A stretch of DNA of 64,000 nt, taken from contig JAMWBK010000008.1 of the NCBI GenBank assembly GCA_029953675.1, forward strand, positions 434,001 to 498,000. Direction: 5' to 3'. Below the pieces are notes generated by a model. It worked only from the letters and a program-made list of their open reading frames with translations. It ran no database searches and was not told the origin of the DNA. The position numbers and the translations under genes are program-made. Below, piece by piece: positions 12,042 through 26,250 of this stretch (within the stretch, counting starts at the first letter, position 1; each line of letters opens with the position of its first letter). The DNA comes from Rhodosorus marinus CCMP1338. Lineage: Eukaryota > Plantae > Rhodophyta.

Positions 12042-13723
12042 ACTCCCCATCCAGAAAGCGCTTCGCAGGGAGCAGAACGTTCACGGCCAAATCCCCAGCC
12101 AGCTTCGATACGGATAGCGAATTGATACAAGCTCAACCCTCCCAAGTGGCCACAAAGCCACCAACGAAACAACCCAGACACCGCAACCTCTTCAACAACC
12201 AACTCCCTCCAGAAACCCACGATGAGCTCACACAGATCTAATAAGAAAACCAACAAAACCTTCAGACGATGAAAAAGGAAATTATCTCATCCTTCAGAAG
12301 AACCCACCTTCTACCCTACCAAGTACATCCATCCCCACACTAGCCCTGTCGTCATCCCCAATACGACGCCTTTATATACCCTTCTCTCACTTTAGAGCAC
12401 TCAGTCAATAGAGCGTTGAACGCAAACTCTTTCGCAAAGATTTTAAGATATCATACTTTTATAAATGACATGACGTGAGAACAGATCTTCAAAAACCTAA
12501 CAAAATACACCTATTTTTATCGTTTTTATAAAATATTTTTATTGTAATATACTATATTTGGATGGTATAAAAGCATATTTATCAAATCACAAAAATATAT
12601 GTACTGATATTTTATGTACGTTGTAATATGTCATATATGGAGAAGTTTGGTCGTTGAGCAGTCAACCAATGATACGGATACGGAATACGATTTGACCAAT
12701 TGATCGTCGACAAAGGTGAAACTTATGAATAATATGAGTGAAAGTTTTTGTTTTTTTCTCTTGATTTCGGCTGTGTTTGAGTGCAGGATGTGAAATGGTA
12801 GAAAGGTTCGTAGATCGCTCGGAGTCCGAGCGTGGTAGGTCAGGTTAAGACAACCACAAGGGGTCAGTTTTCCACAGAGGTGGGTCCATCTCGAACACAG
12901 AATACAGAATTCCCTCTCCCGTTGGAGCATCTGTTTGAGAGTCTCTACCCTTTGGGTAGCTTCGCGAGGAGCGATCCGAAATCCCGCTCTATGGGTCTCA
13001 CTGTCACACAAATAGTACCCTTCTCTTGCCATGGGAACTTGTATGTACCGCTACTCCGCAGCACCGAGCGTCATCGAGCGTACGGTTCGCACTCAAACCC
13101 AACGGGTCTTCGTGCAAACCAGAAAAAAAACTAAATACCCAAAAATGCCCCAAACCGCGATGGACACACGTCACAACTTAATTCGACATGAAACCGCCAT
13201 TTAGATTTTTCCTATATTTTAGACCCGACCTAACAACACCACGAAATTACGTCAAAAATACTTTATTTTTATAAAATTCAACCTCAATGCAGCGTATTTA
13301 CGGAAAAACTGCATCGTAAATTTGTTTTTGAAATTGAACATTCCGTAATTACATAGTGAATGACGCGTCGTCTTTAATGGATCATCAATAGTTGGTAGGG
13401 TTTTTCATAGTAAAATATTCCGTTTTTCGAGAAATGATAGTGTAAGCCGACGGGGTAGAGTAGTAGGTTTGGGCGTCGGGATGGTTTGGGAGGGTTTCGG
13501 CAGGGGGAAGGCAGAGAGGAGTGGACAGGGGTCTGGGTGAGACTATGAGGAAGAAATAGACTCTTGATGTTTTTCGAGTAGAGGAGGAAATCATAACCAT
13601 ACTGGAGGTTTTGGTTTCTGGACGGTATTCGTTGGTATTGTAGAGGAAAACTGGCCTCGTTTTTTTTCAGGGTTGGGGGGTGCTTTTTTCGTTCGTTTAC
13701 GACGGGGCATGTAGAGCACAAAC

Positions 13724-14562
13724 ATGGTTGATTTAGGTGATCTAGAGCTTGAGTTGGATGTTGCCGAGGAGTCAGGGGAGTCAACAGAAGCTCTTGCTGC
13801 TGAGCAGGAGATTCTATCAGAGTTTGCGAAACCCCGGAGATCGATTTATGATTTGACGGTGCTCAAGGAGAAGACTCTCGATGCTGCAATGGACTGTTTT
13901 CACAAGTACGACGAAGACAGTGACGGATTGCTGACTCTTCTTGAAATGAGTGCGGTTTTTGAAAAGCTTAATCTCTCCGAGAATGATATCGTCAAAGAAG
14001 TCCTGGCGGAGATGCCAGCGCCATCTTCTGGAGGCGGGATTGTCGACTTGGGCGGTAGGGTGGTTCCATAGCACGAACGCACGTGGCCTAGTTAACGCAA
14101 TACCTGCGGAAGAGGAGCTTCTTCAAGCTTACCATCCCTAAGTCGATCTCCTGTTTTGGTTTTGTCATTGGACACAGAGTTTCTGACAATTTTGAGAATG
14201 GCGGTTGCGTCGGAGGACCCAGATGATGATGAGACGAGGTTTAGAAAAGCCTTCAGATCCTTCGACAAGGACGGTAACGGGTTCCTGGATGTGAAGGAGC
14301 TTCATCACGTATTAAACATGTTGGACAGCAAGTATTCTGATGAAGACGTGAGTTGCTCGGCTCTTTTAAGGCTGGATTGGTGGCATCTCCGCAGAATCCA
14401 TGCGGGTTTTTGCTGAGCCCTGTTCGTGTTCTCGACTCGTAGGTCGCCAAGGTTTTCATAGAGATGGACAAAGACGGCGATGGGCGAGTGGATTATAAGG
14501 AGTTTGTAAAGTTCCTCGCTCTCCGAAAAGATCATAAACCCGGCAGCCGACATAGCCAATGA
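13724..14562 (+). CDS. Calmodulin-like EF-hand protein with acidic N-terminal extension, 3 exons
   Basis: EF loops YDEDSDGLLTLLE, FDKDGNGFLDVKE and MDKDGDGRVDYKE. GT-AG introns at ~14056-14178 and ~14349-14442 keep the frame. Confidence 0.88.
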
Positions 14563-14879
14563 CTTGCAGTTGGATTTGTGAAGCAGCTCCTTTGCTCATT
14601 TCCTTGTTTGTGCATTCTACAGTGACTCGAAGATGGGGGGTTGTTAACCTAGCAATATATTTGACATTCTCTCAAAAGGGCTGGATAAGAAACTTTCATT
14701 TGCCTAAATGTGGCATACTCATTAATAACACATGGCAAGTGCTACGGACGATGACAAAAAAAGCATCATGGTCAGAGGCAGAATTTTCTGCCTTCATTAT
14801 CTCGCAGGACGTATTGATCTTTCCTTCCAAGTGTCCTTTGCACAGTAACGTTGTCAAGCCCCGCCTCAAGGAAGGGGCC

Positions 14880-17800
14880 TTAGCCACCGATCTCGATGTC
14901 TTCTCTTATCGCGGCGGTCGTGTTCTTCCTACTTGGTGGAGCCCTCCCGTCCATCTGGGACCTGGATGAAAACCATAGGCCTGTCGCTCATTCCGCGGAA
15001 AACGGCGTCCAGAATATAGTAACCCCGTCGCTCGAACTGAATGACTTCGCCCTCTTGAAGCAACTTGACGTTCACGTCGCACATTACCAGCTCTTCGCTC
15101 TGTGGGATTTACATTGCAATTCGTATGAGCGAAACGTAATAAACTGAGCGCACGGCTGTGTTTGCTTATTTCTTCGGAAAGCTTCTTCCTACCTTGCTCT
15201 CCATGTTCACGAAGTCCTCAAGCTTTTCTTCCTCTTCGAGCTTTTCCTTCGTTATCAGATGACGATAGGTCACCAGCGTTGCCTTTGATACGTAGACGAA
15301 CGTTCACGAAGATGTTTCCATGTCGGTTCAGTTTCGAAACTGGAACGTTTCGAGGGGCGGGCAAGGAGAGCTTTCTTACCGGAGCCAAATCGGGAATCTC
15401 AGCGAGCCATGTGAACTTCTGCGTCTTTCTAAAGTCCTTATTGTCTGGGAGGAACTCTCCGTGTAACTCTCCGTCTGAAACTGTGGTGATCTGTACCTGT
15501 TGCAGAAAAAAAAAGGAGGGTGCTTGGGAAGTCAGTGACGAATCGGATGGCACGTTCTTAGTCTTGGCAACAGCAACAAGAGCGCAGCAGTTGCATTTGC
15601 AACAACTTACATTTCCCCAGTCCATGAGAGTAACAATCTCCCCCTCCTTCACGCCCTTAACGTCTTGCTCCTCGAGTAATACGCGCTTGCCGTAAATGAC
15701 GTTCTTCTTCCCCAGATCAGGATTTTTCTTGTGTTTTGGAACCGTCCTCACTTCGTCAACACCATTGCTAACGATAAGGACCCGGCTAGCCTTCCCGATT
15801 GCCGTGTGCCTTGCAGCGACAGGGTCAATGACCCGCTTGTTTACCGTCCAAATCTTATCCCATTCCTACGTTAATCGAGGACCGGGATTCACCATTGAGA
15901 TCATCTCCCACGTACAGGAGAGGACATGCGTAGCACAAGGCGCCATACCATGAGATTGGTGTTCTTCGAAGCCCCTTGTGATAGAATGAAAGCCCTGAGG
16001 GCTTGGATGGTCATCCCACGACGTCGAATGCCCTTTTTTCCCAAACAGAGAGACGTTGGGGAAGTCAGACACAAGTTTCTTGGATGAAGTGCTCGCAAGA
16101 CAGTAGCAGTAGGGTCAAGCTTTCTATGAGAGGGTTACCTGGACCGTTGGAAATCTTGGATCCGCCCATCCCTCCACAATTTTGTTGTCCACAAACCACT
16201 GGAGTTTTCTTTTGCTGAGAACGGCGTACTTGAAGTTGAGCCGCGAAAAGTCCCACATGTAGGGCCTACGAAGCTTCGCTGTGTCACACATCCAGTAGTA
16301 CTGAACCTAAGCAGAGATACACAGTCGTGACATACACTGCAGGTGTCAAGAAAATCGCTGAGAGATATGTCAACGTAACGCGAGACGTACCTCTCTGTCG
16401 ATATACTCGTTCGATCTCAGCGCGTGCGTTACTCCTTCCAGGGAATCCACAATTGGGCATGAAAAATCGTAGCTTGGGTAGAGCTTGTACTTGGTTCCGG
16501 TACGATGATGGACTGCGCCCTCAATACAGCGGTAGATAATTGGATCTCGCATCGTCCCGTTCTTCGACTGCATGTCGATCTTAGCCCTAACACAGCACTG
16601 GGTTGCATATGCGAAGAACACAAAGCTATGAGCGAAACAATCCGGACGGAGCCCGCAGGGGTGAAATGAGCTTACTGTCAATCCGATTTCGCTTCCCTTC
16701 TTCATCTCCTCCCAGAGTTTGAGGTTGTCCTCTAGAGGTGCTGTACGATACTCGTTCTCCTCGCACGCCATACGCTGGCGACGCATCTCTTCCACTGGGG
16801 TTTTATCCACGTAAGCGTAGCCTTGCTTGATCCAGTCAGTCGCCATCTCCAGCAGCTTGTCAAAGTAGTCCGACGTGTATTCTAAAGTGTCCGGTTTGAT
16901 TCCCAACCTCTCCAGATCGGCCATTATGTTCTCCTCAAACTCCGATTTCTCCTTTATCGGGTTCGTATCATCAAACCGCAGGATGAGCTTACCTGTTCAG
17001 AAGGGAAACGGTTGTGTTTTTTATGTTTCTTGGCTCAGTTTGGAGTTGGCATCACTAGGGGTCCTTAGGGGTCCATACCGTTGTAGCTGCGGGCAAGAAA
17101 GTCGTTCAGAAGAGCCGCCTTTGCGTGTCCAATATGCAGATACCCGCTGGGCTCTGGTGGGAATCTCGTGCAGACTTTTCCTGCCTCAACTCCCTGAATT
17201 GATGAAGTCCCGCCAGTCATGGACGGGCAGTGGTTTTTCAGTTGCAAAGCCAGCCTAAAGCTGTTTCTGGTCGTGATTTGCCTAGAAAAGATATTCGCGC
17301 TTACCGGCAAATTGAATACATGAAAGTTTCCCTGCGATTTGACAAGTCTCATGACTTCCGCCCAGTCGCCCGCTGTCCCACTGTGCTCTAGCTTATTCGA
17401 AAAACGGAGCGAAATTCGTTGAGGGCCCCTACTGGAGAGACAGTGGCCGAGCGTTCACCTACCTGTTAGGAACGCTTTTGACTTTTCAATGGCCGGAAGG
17501 CGTTCCATATGTGAAAACCATCGAGCAAGGTTGACCGCCTTAACTGGAGCCCCGGACTTGAATATTCTTGACCACATGAAGACGTCCGCAAGAGAGATGG
17601 AATAGCCAACCAGGAACGATCTTGTCCACAGCCTTGCGTTGATTTTCTCCAACAGTTCCGAATCTGGTACAGATGTGGACGTTGCGAGCGTACAATACTC
17701 TATCACCTCAGCGTTTAGCGCCGGATCTTCGGTTGCAAGCAGTGTTCCTACGGAAGGACACCCAGCAATAGACCAGGGATGGTGCACTTAGAAAACAACG

Positions 17801-18190
17801 AAAACGAAGGTTCCTCGTATACCTCTTCTTTTAGCCATATCAAATGCCCTACCACCAGAACAAGCCGCGACTAATCTTGCAGCCTCGTAGTCCAAACAAT
17901 CTGTTGAAGCCCCGTTGTCTTCAATGACAGAGTAGGTTCCGCTCCGTTCACCTGCAACAACCTCAACGTCACCTTCCAACAAGTAACAGACAGCCACGGT
18001 CGCGGAGACGCTCTCTCCAATCGGGGCCTCAACCTTCCGAAAACAAAAAGACACAAAAAAACCTCATCAGTCTCCTGCTCAAAGCAAACCAACCAAGCAT
18101 TCATTCTATATGCAGCAACTTCAAAGTACACCTCATCAAAATACGACCTTGCTTAATATCTGATCCAATACTTACCTTAATCTTCCCCAT
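14880..18190 (-). CDS. Cytosolic glutamyl-tRNA synthetase with N-terminal GST-like domain, multi-exon
   Basis: [22 protein letters not shown] (HIGH), [66 protein letters not shown] and C-terminal [12 protein letters not shown]. The start MGKIK at 18190 is inferred from splice signals. Confidence 0.93.
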
Positions 18191-18273
18191 CACAGTAACA
18201 GGTTCTTTCAGAAATCTTCTGATTCTTTCCTAAGCGTTCGGATTTCTTCAAAATCCTATAGTTTGTGATCAAT

Positions 18274-19040
18274 ATCGATCGCTCTCAGTCCTTCCCACCA
18301 CTCCACCATTCTCATCCTCCTGATCGGGTTCCGGATATCTTTAAGAGACCCCTGATCGACGTCGATTGATGGAGAGAGGGAACGTGGAGTTCGGTACTCA
18401 GGATCTGAACAGTTTTTCAGTGTGATTTATCATACAGATAAGATACTGCGATGATAAGCATCGATTTGCTCTCAATCCTACTCCAGCAGTCGTCCTGTTT
18501 GGGCAAGTTGCATCTAGCTTCTCTTATATGAGCGACCACGACGTCGATTTGATGTGGAGGGAGAGTGTGGAGTGAGATACTCGGGATGGGACAGTCTGCC
18601 AGTGTGATTTATCATACAGATCAGATGTTGCGATGATAAGCATCGATTTCTCTTGGTCCGATTCTAACGGTCGTCCTGTTGGGCAAGTTGCACCTAGCTC
18701 TCTTATGTGAGCGCTCGTCGACGTCGATTGGTGTGGTAGGGGGAACATGGAGTGAGATACTCGGGATCTGGACAGTCTGTCAGTGTAGTTTATCATTGAG
18801 ATAAGAAGCTGCGATAATCGTCATTGATTTGCTCTCAGTGCCACTCCAGCGGTCGTCCTGTTGGTCATTTGGAGCCAGCCCTCTTACGAAGGCGCTGATC
18901 GACGCCGATTGGCGTCGAAGGGCGAAGTGGAGTGAGCTGCTCGGGATCTGAACAGTTATTTAGTAGATTTTACCTTACAAAGAAGAGGCTGCGATCAAGA
19001 ATATAGATTGCTCTCAGTCCCAATCCAGCAGTCGTCCTGC
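18274..19040. repeat. Degenerate tandem array, ~180-bp unit, about 4.2 copies
   Basis: Unit anchor AT(C/T/A)GAT(T/C)(T)GCTCTC at about 18274, 18460, 18642, 18823 and 19003 (periods 186, 182, 181, 180). Shared blocks include GTCGTCCTG, GACG(T/C)CGATT, GGAGTGAG and CTCGGGAT. Confidence 0.9.
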
Positions 19041-19693
19041 ACATCGCTTAAGAGGAGCTTACCGCGGTCCATTTGACGTACGAATTCTCTCTTGACAGTT
19101 CATCTTCGCTTGGCTATCCCAACAAAACCAAACGTTCTATAGAAGATACAGACAGGAATTGAATCCGTCCCTATTCAACCTTCCTGATCCATATCAAGCA
19201 CCGTCGATCCCAAGCCGGAGATTGAAATCTAGGGGCCAAGCAGCTCGAAGTCTACTCAGCAAAGCCGTACTAGCCTGGCTACGTTGAAATAGCCTGAGGA
19301 AATTTGACATCACATAGAAAACTAGTACAGACAGCTATTGATTCAGTCCCTATTGGGACCTTTTCTCCCGGCGATCGATCGATATGAACTACTCCGTCCC
19401 CACGGTGACAAGCCGAAAATTGAGATGACGAAGAAGATGTTTGCTAAGTTTCGCTTCCTTCCGACTGCGATCAGAGAAAGATGGGAGGGAAACGTTATCA
19501 AAGCCAGGAATTTTGAGAGTAGATTGAAGAAGCTATCTTGTCTTTTGGTATCGCTCTTTCCATTCCGTTTGATTTGCGGATATTTAGTATGGGATACTGA
19601 GGTAGAGAGCTTTTGGTAGGTGGTGCGCGACCCTGTAACTGGTTTTTGAAAAACTTTTTGTTATAGTTTCAGTTGAGATGTTAGGTATTTAGG

Positions 19694-22600
19694 ATGGTTG
19701 TAAACGTGCCTGTGACTTGGATAATGAGGGCAGCTGATGCTTCAGCTGAAGCCTCGCCTCTACAAGTTCTTCCGATTTGGTCTCTGTACCTTTTGGCGAT
19801 GGGATGTTTGTCACTGGCTGCGGTTGTGGCTGGGTTGACGCTTGGGCTGATGTCTTTGGACATGGTAGGTGGTTTGGGGATTGGAGATGTGTCTATTTTC
19901 TCGAAGTAAGGAGATGTTTTCTGATCTTTCGCGTCTTCTCATGGATGAATCTTTGTCCAGGTTGGACTGGAGATCCTTCAGTCTAGCAAAGAACCAAAGG
20001 AGCGAGAGCAAGCCACTCAGATTGCGGAAATTCGACGTGATGGAAACCTCTTGCTCGTTACGCTGCTCCTTACCAACACAATCGCAATGGAACTTCTCCC
20101 TCTTGTCCTCGACGCCATATTTCCAGGATCGATGCTTTCTCTCGTCCTTGCCGTTATTCTCGTCATGCTCTTTGGTGAAATCATTCCGCAGGTAGGATCA
20201 CGTTCTCGCGAAAACCAACACCCGAGATGTGGTTAAACGTCTAACCCATTCAGTGCTTCCTTTCTCACAGGCGGTCTGCTCGCGACACGCCCTCGAGATC
20301 GGCGCAATGTTCGTTGGACTCGTCAAGATCTTAAGATTTCTACTGTACCCGATCGCAAAGCCTATTGCAATATGCTTGGACGTCTTCCTCGGTATGCTTT
20401 ACTATCAACACGTAGAACGCGTGAATATTGATTCGATGATCTAACACAGTTTCCGAATGTTTTTTTGAACCCAAGGCCAAGAAATGGGACAGATATACAC
20501 CAGAGAGGAGCTAAAGGGTCTAGTAGACGTTCACAATCGAAACAAATATGGTGTTCTCACTTCAGATGAAGCGTCAATTCTAAAGGTAGACGTGAAACAT
20601 CAGCCGAAACCGCCTTCTCTTGAAGAAGGGCACCTTGACTAAACCCTCCTGTCCAACACCTCCCCCCAAACCCCAGGGCACACTCGATCTGGAATCCAAA
20701 AACGTCGCTCAGATCATGACAAAAGCAGAAAATGTCTTCATGCTGGACGTCGATGGTAAACTTGGACGAGATAACCTTAAGAGTATTCTGCATTATGGTA
20801 AGGACAGAACCCCTATCAAAGACAAAGACACACAATGTCTCTGCGTCACTTCCAAAGGCACGGTTGTCATGCCCCGAGTCAACCAGAGGCTCCTGGTAGA
20901 GGAGAACGGGGTAGTAAGGCTATGCTTGGCTTTGGTTTCTGGTGCTCTTCCAGATTGAAGCTTGTCAGCGGGATGACGTACTCAATACCATGAGCTTGAG
21001 TTCTTGCTCTGATCAAACTTTCCCGGGCTGCCCGGACTGTTTTATGCTATTCCAGGTCACTCTAGGGTACCCTTGTACCACGGGCAAAGATCGAACGTGG
21101 TTGGTCTGCTTCTTACGAAGCAGTTGATCCTGATTGATCCTGATGATGAGATTCCAGTAAGAGTATTCTTCACTTGTTCTTCTCGGGAGAGTGGGTCACC
21201 TAACCCGATTGAAAACTACCTTTTTAGATTCGAGCGATCTTCAACAAGAAGAAGAGGGCTCATAAGATCAAGGTAGCTCCTCCGGTTTGCGTATCAGCGG
21301 ATTGTAAGATTCATGAGCTTCTGAATGAGTTCCAAATAGGAAGGTCTCATCTGGCGATTGTGTACGACGACGTCTTGAAAGATGCAGGTACACGATGGAC
21401 TCTTCTTGAAATCTTGCAGTGCCTTGTTTCTTGGAAAAGTAGCTAAGCGTGGTTGGCTTTGTTTCCGATGTTTTGAACAGACTCGAGAAAGTTGCAGGGA
21501 ATCGTCACTTTGGAGGATATTATTGAGGAGATCTTACAGGTAGCAAACGTCTTTGTCGCGGTCGTTTCGAGGTCGTGGTGTCTAAGAGCTTGGAACCTTT
21601 TTTTTGCTTTTGGCTTGCTTTCTTTACCCTAGGAGGAGATTGTGGATGAGACTGACGTGTATCAAGACAACCAGTCTAGGAAGCCAGTTCTGACGAGGAA
21701 CAAGGACGGTAAGCGTGGAGTTCAATCTCCTCAGGACGTAGCGCTGGTGTTTCGGTGCCTAAAACGAGGATTGCCGGTTTTCCACACTTTTGCACAGGCC
21801 GACTGGTTCGCTCAACTCCACAGGCAGAAATCCTTGCCGCGCAAAGGCTCAAGGGAACGAATCATATCATAATTCGCGAGATTGATGTACAGGAGATGCA
21901 GCAGCCACTGCGGCAGATGCTGGACAGTAGCTACGGAGCAACTTCGTAAGTAGTTCCTGTGTTCCCTGTGCACGTTGAGCCGTTGGAAACAGTTGTTCAC
22001 GTGTTTCTCCATTCGCGTGTACTTATCTTCTCAACCGAACAGATCAAGCACATCTCGAGCTCCTCCCGCATGGACCCCGACCAAGTCTCAGAGAGTAATC
22101 CAGCTAGAAATTCCCCACCACCTCGCCGACGACCTGTCTTTGGACGGCGCTCAGAGCGCTGCTCGAGCATCTCAACCAGGCTTCGCCGAGCTAGTATGTA
22201 AGCTACTCTTTCAGGAACGTTTAGCTCGAGCTCGTGCCTGCAAAGTTCGACGAAGGGCTCATCGCGCTCTCCGCGTTTTCCTTTACTTTCTGCAATTCTG
22301 CAGCTTCAGGTGCCGAAGGACAAACGGGTGATGTGGTCCTGGACATGACGATGTCGGAGGAGCTTGAAATGGAAGAATCGACTTCTTCGAAGCAAAGTAC
22401 TTGGGTTAGTACAGCTTGATGCCACTCACTAGACCAGGATCGCGGACTAAGGCTGGTCTCCTACTTTGTAAAATGCTACAGAAATCGGCGTTAAAACCGG
22501 AAACATCCAGCACAATGGACGGGGACCCAACGTGGCGTCCTACAACAGCTCCTCCTCGGGTAGAGTACGACGAGGAAGATTGGGCGCCGACACAGATAGG

Positions 22601-22892
22601 AGCCAGTGGAAAATCTTCCTCAGCGATCCACGATATTCTTATGCCGCCGACGCCCCGACCAGGCACGGAAGCAGCGAAGAGGATGGAAGCCGAAGCCGCA
22701 AAGAATTTGCAAGACAAGGAGCGCTTTTCATTGGACAGTGCTAGTACCCAGCCTCAACCTGATGCACAAGATCCAAACGCACAAATCAGCCTGGGGCCCT
22801 TGTCAGGAGCGAGTGTGGGTGGTCAACCAAGCGTGAAAAAGGTACCCTCTAAACGACCTAAAAAGGGTAAGAAACGTGGAAAGAAAAACTAA
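19694..22892 (+). CDS. CNNM/DUF21-CBS domain membrane protein (Mam3/ACDP family), multi-exon
   Basis: AGLTLGLMSLD, LLVTLLLTNTIAMELLP, LMFGEIIPQAVCSRH, YTREELK, a CBS pair (..RSHLAIV.., GIVTLEDIIEEILQ|EEIVDETD) and a long low-complexity tail. Confidence 0.9.
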
Positions 22893-23067
22893 AGAGGAGA
22901 CTTCGACGTGGGCATACTGAAGAAACCATCCCTATCAAGTGAGAATGAACGACGGAAGATGCACTTAGCCATCATGCTTGAAGAGCGAGATGCCTTGTTC
23001 AGGCTAAACAGCTCGAGCCCAAGCAAAATCTTCTCTGGATCAATTGGTTGTTTGGTATATTTACTTT

Positions 23068-26000
23068 TCAATCTACTCTTCTGTACATGTATAAGTAGCC
23101 TAGATCCCTCGGTGGGTTCTTAGTTACGGCCACGTGATCGTCATTGTACAATATCCACTTGCCGCTCTTTTTCACGTGTGCGACGTAGTGTCCTACTTGG
23201 GTGTGCTTTCCAATATGGCTAATGAAGCCAACGAGCTCATAGCTTCCTTTCCCATCTGAAAGGCCTGAAGACATGTCGCAGAGAGAAGATTGTCATGAGC
23301 ACTTGTTCACTTTCTCGATCGGTTTTTCATCGAAGAGGTTGTGAACAGAACTCGGATCCCTACCATTGGCGTCCTGCTCCGAGCTCTGTTCCTGAGCTTC
23401 CTGATCAGAGTTTTTCAATTCTGCAATTGCTTGGTCCAGGTTGTCCATGCGACTGAATAACCAATCCGCGGCGCGTTCAATATTTCCGTCAGTTGCACCG
23501 AGAGCAGCTTCCGCTTGGATTGCCGTAAAGCCCATCGCCTCAAGATTAGAAACGTGCTCCTGGTCGATAGCTGGTTTCAATGGTACTTCTGGCGTTGCTT
23601 GCTCTACGATGGGGTTATTGAAGTCTGCATCGTTCATGTGTTCTAGTACCCAATTCATTCCCTCTTCAGTTCCAGCGTTCTTGGTCGCGACAGCTGCTCG
23701 CTTCGCTCCATTCTCAGAGAATCCCATTTCCGTCAGCTGCGCTACTATGGCAGCGTCAGGGACGATTGCCGGTGGTGCGGATGCTGATATTGCAGATAGT
23801 CCAGGTCAGTTGGAAGCTCGAAAGGCCTTCACCTCCGGGCAATCAAAAGCCTGATCGTGCAATCATACCTGTGTTTTCCGGGAGCTCTAATTCACCTTCC
23901 TGGATGCCAGCTCCCCTGTATGGCTCAAGTTCGAGTCTCTCAGGCGCCTCAACCAAAACGTCAAGCTTCACCGGAGTCCAATCCTCCGCAAACTGGAATC
24001 TCATCATTTGAAGGACGAGGTACTTGGGGAAGCTCGAAATGCGTAGACTAGTCAACGCAGTTCCCTTCTTCTCGGTCACAGGCGAGGTGAAGTCAGCTAT
24101 TTCCCGTTGTCTGAAGAAATGCTTCAGACAAGCTTCGAAGGGTACTTGGAGCTGTACTGGCTCTATTTCCTCTTGGTCATCTGCCGCCCCCGTTTCCAGT
24201 AGCTTCGCTCGCTTCTGCTTCCTCATCTCGTATTCCTCAACCACCTGTCCATGAAGAAAAAAGTGACCGGCCAAAGCATTTGGACTTCAAGTGAGCAAAC
24301 GGAACAATATGTAGCGTGCCGTAGCACCATCGCCCAGCGCAAAAACCTACCTCCTTGTTGACTGCCGCATCGGTTGTGATGAAAATCGGTAGCACATTGT
24401 CTGATCTCTTCCTATACTGCACCTGTTTGCTTTGGGTGTCCTCCAGCCTTTCCTCAAGCTCAAGTTTGAATAGATCAGAGGTTAAACCTGAATCCTCACT
24501 CCACCTTGAAGATCCCACACGCTCAGCCTTTAAGATCTGGTCGAGCAGGTGCTGGTAAAACTCCATCGCGTCCTGCTGCCCGCCAGTTGAGAACTCAGGG
24601 TGGTTTCGTCCGATAAGGCTCTTGAACATTCGGGGCCTCGGGCGAGGGAATAAACCCTCGAGATTCTGATTCGGAATGAGGTGGTCGAAGGGATGAGAGA
24701 CAAAATCAGCTGGGGTGAGCAAGTCGGCAGCGGCTCGCTACCACAACCGTGCTCTGATCCTACCTTGTCCGCGACAGATTTGTCCAGATACCGATTGGAC
24801 GAAAGCGCGACGGCAACCTTGGCAAGCTGTGTTATCAGGTCTTCCTCAGGGTTCTCTTGCGAGCTCGCAAACAGAAGATTCGCGCTGCCAAAGTACCTCC
24901 TCTCGAGTTCTGGCGCCGAGAACATCACTTGCAGTACGGAGTTCATATAACACGAGTTTCCAAGGTTCTCCAAGCCGACTAGACCGGCCCCAGTCACAGG
25001 CTCAAGCGTTTCATCGCCCTCCAGAATATGCTTGAACTCAAAACTCTGGTTCAAGTCCACCTCCATCTCGGACATCGTCCTGTCCGTCTTCTCCATTATC
25101 TAAAAAAAGCCAGATCATAATCAACCACAAGCGAGCCGGAGATCAGAGCCTCCATCCTCACCCAGTTGACACCTAACTAGAGGATTCCGCTAACGGAGTC
25201 CTCGACTACTATAAGAATCCAATAACTGAATGCGGTAAATTGGATTCTGCTAAAATCCTGCAGGAAACCAGTGATTTCTGGTCCAAAGCTGAAAGACGCC
25301 GTTAAGCTAGAACGCCGTTAATACGTACTTGCATGTTGATTCCCCAGTGAGCAAGGTGTTCAGCAAGTAAAGGATCAGCAACCATGTCATTTTCGTCTTC
25401 GGCGTAAGAGAAAACGTCTGCGCCGTGCGAGGTGATTGTCCCCAGCTTCACGCAGAGAGGATACCTTCCGTGAGGAAGAACAAGGACAGCAAGGGTCTGT
25501 CAGATCCAGCACTGCCTCGGCTATCATATTTGGACAGTCGGTAGCTTACATTTTTCCTGTTTCTTCGAAGTGCTTTAGAGCAGCCCCGCTTCCGCCAGTT
25601 CCGTCCCAGTTCTTCCTACCAGATCCGATGTATCCTGTCGAGAGGTTCAACCAGAGGTTCTCGGTCTTACCGCTGTCTTGGCATCGCCATGAAGATGGGT
25701 CTGGTGATATTCTGATGCCGTTGTCCAGCTGGATGAGGTTCTTCGCATATTTAGATTCTTGTCTTGTCTCCTCCCAATCAGCTCCTCCGGCATCAGCGAC
25801 CAGATCGTTTTCCGGAGCAGCTATTACTGCCGATGCGGCCGCCCGGACTATTTCTGGTAGCCTTTCGTTTGAAAACGGGATGGAGATTCTCTCCGGCATC
25901 AGAAAGATTGAAAACGACGTCGTTTCGTCAAAAACATCATCCTTCAACTGAAGCTTCACGCCGCCCGTGGAGTTCTGAGTCATGGTCGGTCCATTATCAC

Positions 26001-26250
26001 CCTCATCCTGTTGGTCTTTTCTCCGCCTGACCAGCTTCGTCTGCAGATACAATCTTGATCCAGTTTTTCTCAAGTACAAATCAAGGTAATCATACCCAAC
26101 AGATTGAAACGTAGATAGGGACGTAAACAATCCATTCTCACTCAAAGGAGAATCAAACGAAAACAGGCACTCAGATTTCAGCACTCTAATCCGTGCATCG
26201 GGAATCTCAACTCCTCCAATTGCCTCCCGGACCTTCTCAACATCCTCCAT
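23068..26250 (-). CDS. UBP14: Ubiquitin carboxyl-terminal hydrolase USP5/UBP14 (ZnF-UBP, UCH, 2 UBA), multi-exon
   Basis: [24 protein letters not shown] (ZnF-UBP), Cys box [23 protein letters not shown], two UBA motifs (MGFSEN.., [22 protein letters not shown]) and His box [16 protein letters not shown]. Confidence 0.96.

Noticed and set aside
12631-13134. Overlapping ORFs on both strands
   Set aside because: No motif and no consistent splice model were found.
19338-19619. ORF with an F-box-like look (LLGPFLPAIDRYELLR)
   Set aside because: It has a non-ATG start, weak similarity, and an orientation inconsistent with the putative minus-strand LRR relic.
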